A stretch of DNA of 64,000 bases, taken from NCBI RefSeq assembly GCF_000143415.4, contig NW_003314293.1, positions 1,136,431 to 1,200,430 of the forward strand, in the 5' to 3' direction. The translations under genes were made by a program, and so were the position numbers. The notes under the pieces are model-generated. The model searched no databases. It worked only from the letters and a program-made list of their open reading frames with translations, and was not told the DNA's origin. The stretch comes from Selaginella moellendorffii (Eukaryota > Plantae > Lycopodiophyta). Positions within the stretch are counted from its first letter, which is position 1, and the number at the start of each line of letters is the position of its first letter. Positions 50,211 through 61,538 of the stretch are shown here, piece after piece.

Positions 50211-50747
50211 GGAGAGGTTGGTTCACACGAGAACCGACCTCACCCTACCTCTCAAAAAAAAGGAAAAACACAACAAGAATACAGGAGAGGTCGGTTTGCA
50301 CAAGAACCGACATCTTCCACCCTCTAATTTTCATATGAAATGCCCTATTAAGTCAATGAAATAAAAAAAAAAACCTTGAAGATGTCGGTTCGCATAAGAA
50401 TCAACATTTCTATCTCTCTCTGTTTTCTAAAATATAGAGATCTCACCACTAGAAACATGAAAAAAACCAAGAAAGCTCGCTTCTAGAAAAAATGAAGGTG
50501 GGGAGACGTCGGTTTGCGCGCGAGCCAATCTTTCCCACCCCTTCAACAAGGAAAAAAAATCAAAAAAAGGAGGCAAAAATGGGTAAAAAGCTAAATAGAA
50601 AATGAAATAGAATGCTAGGAGATGTCAGTTCGCACAAGAACCAACATCTCTATTCCTTAAGAGAAAACAAAAGTCGAGAAAACAGAAAATTTCTCATGGA
50701 AGAAGAAAAGTGAGGAGACGTCAGTTCGCGTGCGAACTGACCTTCTC
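50211..50747. repeat. Spaced array of six ~32-bp imperfect palindromes (GAGAYGTCGGTTCGC-N-GAACCGACMTCTC)
   Basis: Units at 50211, 50284, 50378, 50502, 50618 and 50714 with A-rich spacers. A degenerate seventh lies near 55507. Confidence 0.8.
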
Positions 50748-51285
50748 AAGGAAGCATACCTTGTTTGAGGAGAGTCTTGAAGCACATTGCTAGGTTGAAG
50801 CTCCTTTTTCTCGCCCTTTGCTGCTGAAACCTTAGGTGTAAAACCCTAAAAATTAACGGACGCGATCAACAGTCACGATCAATGGCCATGATTTTCATTC
50901 TCTTGATGGCAAAAAAACCGCACACAAACCAACCTTTCCGAGCTTGACTCTCTCTCACTTGTCACAAAAGAATGAAACTCTCTTGAAGGGAAGAGAGCAT
51001 AGAGATGAGAGGGAGAACAAGCAATCAATGCTACAACTTTTGTGATTGACTGGCGCTTCTCACTCATAACCACATTCATTTCAACAATATTATTCCTCTC
51101 ACAATCAATTATACAATTAATATAGGTGGCTCTTTAAGATTCTCATATCTCTCTAGATTCTAAATGGTTATATATTTTGTTAAAATAATTAACTTGTCCT
51201 TTACAAGGACATAGCTAATTAATGCTCACAATACAGAAGAATATTTTTGTACTTTCTTGTCAGTTTCTCCCGAAATGTTTTCTAA

Positions 51286-54200
51286 GTGCTCGAGCAAGGA
51301 GAAGATATGAGAGAATTGTATTTGAAGTTCGATCAAGAGCCTCAAATTGTTTTTTTTAAGAGTGTTATAAGAGAGAGCTTCCTCTGCAGAAGATTCAAGC
51401 TGAAGCCGGGATCAGTTAGTTTGGAGAATGTATATCATGATAAGGGTAATCAGATAGAAAAATCCATTCTTCTCGATAGTGGTGTGGGAGAGAATGGGAT
51501 TCAATGGGATCTTGATAGATGTACAAGTTAGAAGATTTTAGTTACAGGATCTCCGAAGCGAGGAGAGGAGAGCACATCAGTTTCACAACCAACTGTGCAA
51601 GGAGTGAAGGATGAAGTTGTTATTCTCTCCAGTGACAAAAATGAAGAAGATGAGCTTCCTGACATAGCTTCCTAGATAAGTAGATGTGTTCCTTATGGAC
51701 CAGTTTTTGAAGCGGTGGATAAGGCATTTCGGCAATCTCGATCATTATGGTTGGAATTAAAGGAGTTCCAGTATATGAGAGGTGAGGAGCTTCCTTCTTC
51801 CTATAATGGGAATATATTCCAGTTCGTCAAGTAGGAAAAGGGGTATAGAGATGCATCTTGATCCACATAATTGGTGTAGAGTAAAGACGACCCACTTCTC
51901 TCATTTCGACAGATCTGTGTCTATAGTCCATTGTGGTGGACAGCTTCAGTGTGTCACTGAGAAATGCATTTCTGATCATGGCAAGAATATGTGTTTCTTT
52001 GAAGGCTCAGTGATCAATCCCCCTAAGCGTGATGAGGTTGCTACAAGGTTTAGATGTCGAAAATGCAAGGCAACACCTGTATGTCACGCATGTTGCGATG
52101 CGAAAATGTATTGTTTTCTTCCACGGGATGGATGTTAAGGCAAAGCAGTAGTGCATGTTGGATACCACTAACATGCAATAGAGGAAGGAATCCACTATGA
52201 TTCTTTTCGCAATTTGAAGGCTGCTGTTACTATAGAGGCTAGGAAGAAAAGTGCTGCAACTTCAAAGTGTGTTCATCAGTTTGTACTAAAGGACTATGTG
52301 GTGGACATGTTGCTACAATTTGATAGCAAAAAAGAGTTCATGGAGAATAGCTTGAAGGACCTACTTTGAAATATAGAACCCGTGACAAATTTAAAGAAGT
52401 ATAAAATTAGTACTTAACTCTACTTTATCACTAATAACACTCTTTGTTTTGGTAGAATAAAGAACTAGATGCGAGAAGGGCGAGATGTAAAGCTTCAATC
52501 TGGATTGGATAGGATTTTGGAGTTAAAGAGAAAATGTCTCTATGAGTTTATTCATGGGAGCTTGTTTGTTAGCCAAGTGACTTCAAACAATCATCACCCT
52601 TTCATCTTTAAGATGTCTACCCTTGGTCTTACTTCTAGTGTGGACCTTGTACAACGAATGGATATGGGGACTTGGCTAATTCCTGAATCCATTTCGACCA
52701 CATGGAATGAGTTTCAAGCTGGTCAACTATGAAAGCTCATATTTATGATCACAAGTAAGTGGTTATTCATTTTTAAGGATTCCATACTGATTTACATTAT
52801 AACCATTCCTTCTATAGATTGCAGTGCAACTTGGCTATAGATATAACCAAATTCAAGGTTCAAGATTTTCAAGCACAAACCATCTTTTGGACATGTATGT
52901 CCGAAATTGTTGAACAGTGAACCACGAAGAAACCCAACTTCCGTGCTTTCATGGCAGATGCTGCTAGTGCTAACTAGTTGGCTTTACAACAAGTATTCGA
53001 AGGTGATAAAAGTCAGCTGTTACAAGGTAGAGCGAAGAGTTGTGAATTTCATTGGGCAAAGAGTGTCAACGAACATTGCCGATGCATCAAATCTGACTTC
53101 CATCACGAGTTCAAGTAGCTTTGTTGGGAATGGATGGATGCACCAACTAAAGAGGAGCACGAGGCAAAGGCAAATGAGATGCGCATATGGTGGCGTGAAG
53201 GAGACAAAGTGTTAATTGAAAACCTTCCACAAATGGAATACTGGTTTGCATGGTGGGAAGTTTGAATGTTTCAGTGGGGTCATTATACTCTCCATGTAAG
53301 CTTTCTCTCATTTTCTTTCTTGTCACTTTCAAATGTTGCATTTTTTGTAGGATCAACCACTTGATGACATAGCGCTTACATTAACAATTAATCTCTCTGA
53401 AAGCAAACATTGGAGTTGGAGAGCTTCTGAAGCAGGGAAAGGAAAAGTGTCCCTCTATGAAGCTACACTCTCCGACCTCACTAGATCTCTTGAACAATCA
53501 TCAAAAGCTTTGGCTGCACAGGAAGCATGGTTTGCTGGTATAGATTCGAACTTAGACAGACTTCGAGAGCGGGTTGGTAGAAGGACAACCCCAGCAGCAG
53601 GGTCAATGTCTAAGATGGTGGAGGAAGTTGTTGCTGGAACTCCTATGAAATCAAGTTATGAACCACTCGGGGACATGAGAATAGCCCGTATGAAGCGTCA
53701 ACAGATATTTGATGGGCCAAACATCACTCCTTCTAGCTCTCACCATCCAGAGTTTGACTACCATTCTGTTCTACGACACCGGAAAAGAACTAAGGAACAT
53801 GGAGTGGAGGAGGTGCTAATTGTTACACAAGTAAGTCCAGTGCCAGAGGTTGAAAAGGTTATTTCTCGTGAGCCAATTTCTCATATCAACAGGGCAATTG
53901 TCTCAGACTTGGCTACGGTTTACTTGGAGAAGGTTTTTCCTGATTTTGGTTTGCCGGAGGACATCATTAGTGATTGAGATTCAAAGTTCACCAATGGATT
54001 TTGGAAAAGCTTTGCAAAGGCTATGCAAGTGACTTTGAAACTCTCAAGTGGAGATCATCCTCAGACAGATGGGCAAACCAAGCATGTGAATCAGGTGGTG
54101 GAGGATATGTTACATTATTGCATTGGTCAAAGGCAAGGGCAATGGGATTTATATCTTCCGTTGGTGCAATTTACTTACAACAATAGCCAACACAATAGAA

Positions 54201-55400
54201 CTAAGCTAAGTCCTTACTTTGCCATGTTTGGAAGGCATCCTCGAACAGTGGTGGAGTTAGGATTGCATTTGAGTAAGGACGTTCAAGATAAACTTGATTC
54301 CGAGGCGACTGATTTGGCCACAGAACTTGATGAGATTCTAGTGGTGTGCAAACAGAATTTGCAAGCAGCTCAGGATAGAGCAAAGAAGTTTGCTAATGAG
54401 CATCGCCAAATCCGGGAATATAAGGTGGGTGATCTCGTCTTTGTGTAAGTGATCTTTCCGTCAAGTGAGCGGCAAACCACCTTGGTGCCTTTACAGACAG
54501 GGAAGAGTGATAAACTTTCCTATCGATATGCTGGTCCATATGAAGTGCTGGAGCATATTGGTAAAGCGGCTTATCGGGTGCGTTTGCCAGCTGGGGTGAA
54601 AATTCATCTGGTATTTTATATGAGCCAGTTGAAAGGTGTACTATCTTGGAGTGATAGGCCCAATGCCTCCTTGATGTATACAGCTGTGGAAGATGGACCA
54701 AGAGCTTGAGCAGGGTTCCCCAGAAAGGGTGATCACCAGTACAACTCGTCCTTGGGACAAGGACTTTGTTGGGGGGGAAGAATTGTTAGGAACCAACTTT
54801 GACCACTAGGAATGAAGGGCTGCCAGTCAAGCTGGATTTACTGTTGTGGGACTGATGTTACTCATACAATTTGGATCCACAACTCAATTATTTTGAAGCC
54901 AGATTTTGTGCAAGAGGAGTGGCCAGTTGAGCGAAGCTACAATCTTTTGAAAGAAGAGATTGAAAGTCTGAAGAGAGAAGGTTTCATGGTAAAGACTTCC
55001 TCAAATGTTGCTGTTAGTACTACTATGCCACCAATATCAACACTATACCTGCATACACGACCAACTAGGAATGGGAAGGCTATACAATACAGGTCTTCCA
55101 TTTCAAAAGGTGCACAAGAGAAGATCAAGCTAGCAAAAGAGCTGAAGTGCACAATCACAAAGACAAACTACATTAGTGTTGTGGCTAGGGAGTTTGTTAT
55201 TGTGACTAAGTCATCAAAGGGTACAAGCTACACTATCAAAATCTGCAAAAATCCATCTTGTACCAGTCCAAATTTTACACAAAGGGAGAACAAGGGAAAG
55301 GTATATTTAGCCTGCAAGCATATCTATTACATTTTTATGCAGGAATTAAATTAAGATCCTAAAATTGACCATCACATCCACCAGGAAATCCTACAGTTGT
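51286..55400 (+). pseudogene. MULE-like transposase pseudogene with Cys/His zinc domain and C-terminal SWIM finger
   Basis: Cys-rich region (CGGQLQC...CRKC...HVGYH). Core reads FMADAASAN...QVF...SCEFHW at ~52948-53056. SWIM-like YTIKICKNPSC...ACKHIYYIF at 55228-55336. Many stops; element ends not identified. Confidence 0.6.
53902..54806 (+). mobile_element. Gypsy 3' fragment (integrase C-terminus, PPT, first ~23 bp of LTR), same family as 56640-61845
   Basis: Collinear with 60731-61635: SDLATVYLEKVF...HPQTDGQT...GPYEVLE, gttgggggggaagaat, TGTTAGG. Confidence 0.9.
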
Positions 55401-56895
55401 GGAGCTCGAGAAGTGTTTTTAGATTGCTTTTAGTGTTCGGATCTATATTTATATTTGTATTTTATTGGTCGAATTTACTGATTAAATTAAAATTTGAAAA
55501 ATGAAAAGATGTTGGTTTGGGACAAACCAATGTTTTTCTTGTGTTTGAGAAGCCGTGAGCTCATGAGCTCAAAACCTACCTGAGCTCATTAGGGTTAGGG
55601 TGGCTATCGGCATTAGGGTTTTACCGAAAGTAGAGCGGGAGATTGGGAGTGATTGTGGGATCCACCAGTGTCGAACAGAATGCCACCAAGAGTAAGTTTT
55701 TTGTTTCTCCTCCACTCCCTTTTCCAACACTGCTACGCTCACGCCACACCCACTATAGCGCACATGGTTTTGACCCTTTATCCTATGGTAATTTACCATA
55801 GGATAACACCACGAAACAGAACTTAAATCTTCTTTATGCCATGTGATATATACCACATGCCACATGCCATGTGCCCAAGGACAGTGGTGCAAAACCCAAG
55901 TTTCAGGGCCTTGGGCTACTAAATGAACGAACGGTGCCAAACTCCCAAGCATGGAGCCAAGGAGCAATGGCACTAGGGCGCAAAATGACTCCCAAGCATA
56001 TAGTCTAAGGAGTGAAGGGATAGGAGTATGGAGCGACTTGGAATAGTTCTAGAGCATTTAACATCCTAATGCCAAGACCAATACGCAAAATGGAGCCAAA
56101 CAGAGTTTGGTGCTATTTCGGCATACTGGTGGCTTAACACGAGGACATGGGTATTCCACCAGCTAGCATGGAATGAAACTTGGGTTTAGACCCAAGTTAG
56201 ATGTAGAACAAGGATAAACACGCAAGCAGGAGCTAGATTATGCCTCAGGTTGGTCGACCATGCTTGACCAACCCACTATCCCTACTATACATTTTAAACC
56301 CCCCCCCCCCCCCCTGAGGAACACATGCTTTGGGCTTTCACCCCAAGCCTCCCTTAGTATTAGGAGTTAGTCTCTAGGACAAGCTCGAAACTTACTAAAT
56401 ATGGAATGTCCCTAGATTGCAAATTTGGACACAGGACAAACACCATTGTGTTCAAAACAATCTCTACATTCTGTAGATATGCCAAATGAGCAAATCTAGA
56501 CACTTTCCATAAATAGCATTTAGGATCGGAATAAGACTAACACAAAAGACATGATAGCGAAGGTGTTTGGCAGACACGGTAACTATCATATAGCGATATT
56601 GAGGGATTAGTCTCAATACGTGAGGGTTCTTGTCACTAGTGTTAGGCGCCAGCTTTGACTACGTGGTCAACGTCGGTCAAAGGGAGGCTCAAGGGTATAT
56701 TAAGGCATGTTAGGGTAAGGGACTTAACCTACCCTAGGGCTCACAGTGGAGCGGCGGCGCAGTGGAGCTTTTGAGGTAGCTCGGGGGTGGTTGGGTGGTG
56801 AGGAACCTCAAGAGGTGGCGTAGCATAGTCTAGGGCAACTAGATCTTTGTCTTTTTGCGCCGGATCATAACATTGGTATCAGAGGATTGGTTGCG

Positions 56896-59800
56896 ATGGC
56901 CGACCAAGCTGAACGCTGGAATCCTATCATCGATGGTGGTGCCGACGGTGGTGCCGATGATGGTGTCAACGAAGCTGCGGAGATTTGGACCATTCAAGAT
57001 GTGGTTCATGAGCTGCGAGCCCTTAATAAAAATCAGCAAGAGATGCAAGACGAGATGCATGGCATGATGGATACCATGCGTGGGCGTGTTGAGGCACTCG
57101 AGGCTGGACGGGGTAGCGCTCCAAGTAAGCCTTCTTTGGTAGATCGACTCAAGATTCCAACCTTTTCCGGTGATGGTGGTGTGGACGAGTGTCTTGCTTG
57201 GCTAGCCAATGTGAAGAAGTTTTTGGCTGCTAGAGGAACTCCAGATGCAGAGGCTTTAGTGGCTATTCCGATGGTTTTGCGTGATGCGGGTCTTCGATGG
57301 TGGAATTGGCTTGAGGAGTCCCGTGTTGCGGATAAGAAACCACCAGTGTCTACCATGGATGAGTTTGAGGCTGCTTTCCGTTTACGTTTTGCCCCTCATT
57401 ACGATGTGGAGAATGCTCGTACAGAACTTCGACATTTCCAGCAAGGGAAAATGACGCTCGGGGACTATATTGAGAAGCTTACTCGCTTGATTAGTCGTGT
57501 TCCAACGAAGGATCCAGATCAGAACAAGTCCTACTTCATTGATGGCCTACATAGTGAGAGCATGCGGCAACACTTGCGTCATTCTCAGCCTACAAAGAGT
57601 TTGGAGGAGCTCTTTGATGCGGCTCGTCGTCTTGACAATGACAAGCACAAGTCTCGCAAGCGTTCGCGGAGTCCTTCTGTCGAGAATCGTCGTGATGATC
57701 GCCGTGGACACAAGGATGGGAACAAGCATCACAAGTTGAAGTCGGTGGTGACTACCTCGGATGCAAAGGGGTCCAAGAAGCAGAAGTTCTTTGTGAAGAA
57801 TTATAGACAGGGTTGTCATCATTGCGGCGAACTTGGACACTACAAGGCTGATTGTCCGCAGTTAAAGAACAAGCAGCAGGACAAGAAGAATGGCCAATCT
57901 TCTTCTCACGGTAAGTCCGATACTAAAAAGTTGCAAACTTTGCAGCGTGAGGAGGAGGAGACCAACCATTCCGGTCGGAGGAAGCGACTTTCGATCGTTG
58001 CTCGTCAGCTCAACTGTGTGTGGAACAAGATGGAGCTCGAGGATACGCGTGAATCAGCTTTAATGCTGGAGGGTGTGTTCCGTGGCGATCCAGTGCGGAT
58101 TTTACTGGATAGTGGGAGCGATGACAACTTTGTTTCGGCAAAGTTTGTTGCGGAGCATCGCCTGAACACACGTGGAGTTGTTCCATACACAGTGGAAGGT
58201 GCAGCTACCTCTGCTCAGCATTTCGATGCTTGTGTCGAGGGGCTGGAAGTGTTGGTTGGCAAAACCACACTTGTGGAGACTTTTTATCTCGCGGATATCC
58301 ATCGTGTGGATCTCATTCTTGGGATGCCATGGTTGGTGAAGGTGGATCCAGAGATAAAGTGGAGCATTAAGCGTATCTCGCTGGAGTATGGTGGCGTTAA
58401 AGATGTGTGGTTTGGCGAGGGCGTTCAACCACCAGTTGTTATGCTCTCTGCTACATCTTTGAAGCGGGCTTGTCGTAATGGAAAAGCACTTTCAAGTTAC
58501 TTGCTGTTTGTTCGTGACTTGGGGGACCAAGGCACGTGTGGGGGAGAAGCAGCAGTACGGGATGTACTTGATGAGTTTTCTGATGTTTTTCCATCTGAAC
58601 TTCCTCATGGATTGCCTCCATTACGAGGTGTGGAGCATGGGATAACATTGGTATCGGAGCCCAGTTCGATTCTCGTGGCTGACGAGTGGGGCAGGAATAT
58701 TCTGAAGGAATATTCAACATGGTGGATCTAAAGGGAGAACCAAGGTTTGGTAAACCCTAAGAGAAGGACCATGGTGACTGGATGGTGGCCTAAGTATGAT
58801 CGTGGACGATCATTCCCTGACGAGGGGGAGGATTGTTAGGCACCAGGTCAGGATAATAGGATAAGGAAAGGGCCCTGCAATCAAGTGATCACCCCTTTAG
58901 CTAGTTGGCTTAGCATGGGATTACATTGGAGCCGGGGACGCGGCCAATTTACCGGCGTCCATTTCGGTTAAGTTATGCGGAGGAGCAAGAAGTTCAGCGA
59001 CAAGTCAAGGAGTTACTTGAGTTTGGATTTATTCAGCCAAGTAAGTCTCCGTTTGGTGCTCCGGTCTTGCTTGTGAAGAAGAAGGACGGTTCAATGCGGA
59101 TGTGTATTGACTACCGTGCTTTAAACAAGAAGACAGTAAAGGACAAGATGCCGATGCCACGTGTGGATGATATCCTAGACAAGCTTGGTGAAGCACGAGT
59201 GTTTACCAAGATTGATCTGAGGAGTGGATATCATCAGATTGCAATGGATGATGCATCTATCTCCAAGACGGCATTCAACACAAGCTTCGGACATTTTGAG
59301 TTTACAGTTATGCCGTTTGGTTTGACGAATGCACCGGCCACATTTACTCGGTTGATGACGGAGGTCTTTGGGCGTTATCTTCATGAGTTTGTGGAGATTT
59401 TCTTGGACGATATTCTTGTTTTTAGCAAGAATATGGAGGAGCATAGGGTGCATTTGCGCAAGGTTCTTTTGTTACTTCGAGACAGCAAACTTTATGCGAA
59501 GAAGAGCAAATGTGAATTTGCAAAGTCGGAGGTGGAATATCTAGGCCATATTGTGACATCTAAGGGTGTCAAGACGGATCCAAGGAAGGTGGCTGTGGTG
59601 GAAAACTGGCCTACACCGACTACAGTGGCCGAGTTGCGCAGTTTTCTTGGTATGGCTAGTTACTATCGACGTTTCCAGCATAAGTTTGCAGAGGTGGCTA
59701 TTCCGTTGACGCGGTTGTTACGCAAGAATGTGCCATTCGAGTGGAAGACGCCACAAGAGGAGAGTTTTGTGGCGCTGAAACGATTGTTGATCGAGGCTCC

Positions 59801-61538
59801 AGTGCTTCGCATTGCTGATCCATCGAAACCTTACGAGGTGACATGCGATGCGAGTGGTTATGCACTGGGAGGAGTTCTCATGCAAGAGGGACAGCCTATT
59901 GCATATGAGAGTCGAACTTTGAATTCCGCGGAGCAACGCTATTCCACATATGAGCAAGAGTTACTCTCTATTGTTCATGCTTTGCGGACGTGGCGGCACT
60001 ATCTTTATGGTGCAGTGTTCGTGGTGTTGACAGATCACAAACCACTTGTGTATCTTTTCACACAGAAGGAGTTGAACACTAGGCAAGCTCGTTGGATGGT
60101 CAAACTCATGGAGTTTGGGGAGTTTCCTATTGAGCATCGTCCGGGAAAATCAAATGTGGTGGCGGATGCTTTATCTCGTGTTCGTCATGTGACGATGTTA
60201 CGAACACGATTTTGTCATCATTTGAGTAAGGTGGTCAGCGAGTTTGGGCAGTTGGTTGAGCATGCTCAGGCTCAGGATGCTGAGGTGGCCTCTTTGCGAG
60301 ACCAGATGGAAGCTCCTTTCTCATTGGTGGATGGGATTCTCTACTACAATGGCCGTGTCTATTTGCCACGGGTGGATGCGTTAATTACTCAAGTTTTATT
60401 CCACTATCATGATCGTCCAGAGGCTGGTCATTTTGGGGGGAAGAAGACATATGAGTTGATTAAGCGCAACTTTTATTGGAGGAATATGAAGGCTGATATC
60501 CTCAAGTATTGTAAATCATGCGAGCTTTGTCAGCGGGTTAAGGTGCCACGGGAGAAGCCGGGGGGACTTTTGCAACCTTTACCTATTCCTCAGAGCCGTT
60601 GGTGTAGTATCTCTATGGACTTCATCACTTGTTTGCCACGAACACAGAGGCAAAAGGAGCAAGTATGGGTTATAGTAGATCGGTTGACGAAGTATGTGCG
60701 GTTGTTGGCTCTTCGGAAGACTGTCACTGCCTCAGACTTGGCTGCGGTTTATTTGGAGAAGGTTTTTCCTGATTTTGGTTTGCCGGAGGACATCATTAGT
60801 GATCGAGATTCAAAGTTCACCAGTGGATTTTGGAAAAGCTTTGCAAAGGCTATGCAAGTGACTTTGAAACTCTCGAGTGGAGATCATCCTCAGACGGATG
60901 GGCAAACTGAGCGTGTGAATCAGGTGGTGGAGGATATGCTACGTTGTAGCATTGGTCAAAGGCAAGGACAGTGGGATCTATATCTTCCGTTGGTGCAATT
61001 TGCTTACAACAATAGCCAACACAGTGGAACCAAGCTAAGTCCTTACTTTGCGATGTTTGGAAGGCATCCTCGAACAGCGGTGGAGTTGGGATTGCATTTG
61101 AGTAAGGACGTTCAAGAAAAGCTTGATTCCGAGGCAACTGATCTGGCCACAGAACTTGATGAGATTCTGGTGGTATGCAAACGGAATTTGCAAGCAGCTC
61201 AGGATAGAGCGGAGAAGTTTGCTAATGAGCATCGCCAATTCCGGGAATATAAGGTGGGTGATCTCGTCTTTGTGCGAGTGATCTTTCCGTCAAGTGAGCG
61301 GCGGAACACCTTGGTGCCTTTACGGATAGGGAAGAGTGATAAACTCTCCCATCGATATGCTGGTCCATATGAAGTGCTGGAGCGCATTGGTAAAGCGGCT
61401 TATCGGGTGCGGCTGCCAGCTGGGGTGAAAATTCATCCAGTATTTTATGTCAGCCAATTGAAAGGTGTACTATCTCGGAGTGACGGGCCCAATGCCTCCT
61501 TGATGTATACGGCTGTGGAAGATGGACCAGGAGCTTGA
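56896..61538 (+). CDS. gag-pol polyprotein (single ~1,454 aa ORF once a 278-bp insert is removed); currently disrupted
   Basis: Gag with CHHCGELGHYKADC knuckle, protease LLDSGS, RT FLDD, RNase H CDASGY, integrase HHCC/DDE and GPY motif. The frame rejoins as EHGI|TLEPGTRP. Confidence 0.93.
58644..58921 (+). mobile_element. Circularly permuted one-LTR TRIM unit (278 bp) inside gag-pol
   Basis: Order: AACA (LTR end), PBS TGGTATCGGAGC at the start of a 186-bp internal region, PPT gagggggaggat, then LTR TGTTAGGCACC... (58834-58921). Bounded by the direct repeat AGCATGGGAT at 58634 and 58912. Confidence 0.85.

Noticed and set aside
50211-50747. CRISPR array
   Set aside because: Repeats are degenerate, spacers are low-complexity and of uneven length, no cas genes are present, and the context is eukaryotic.
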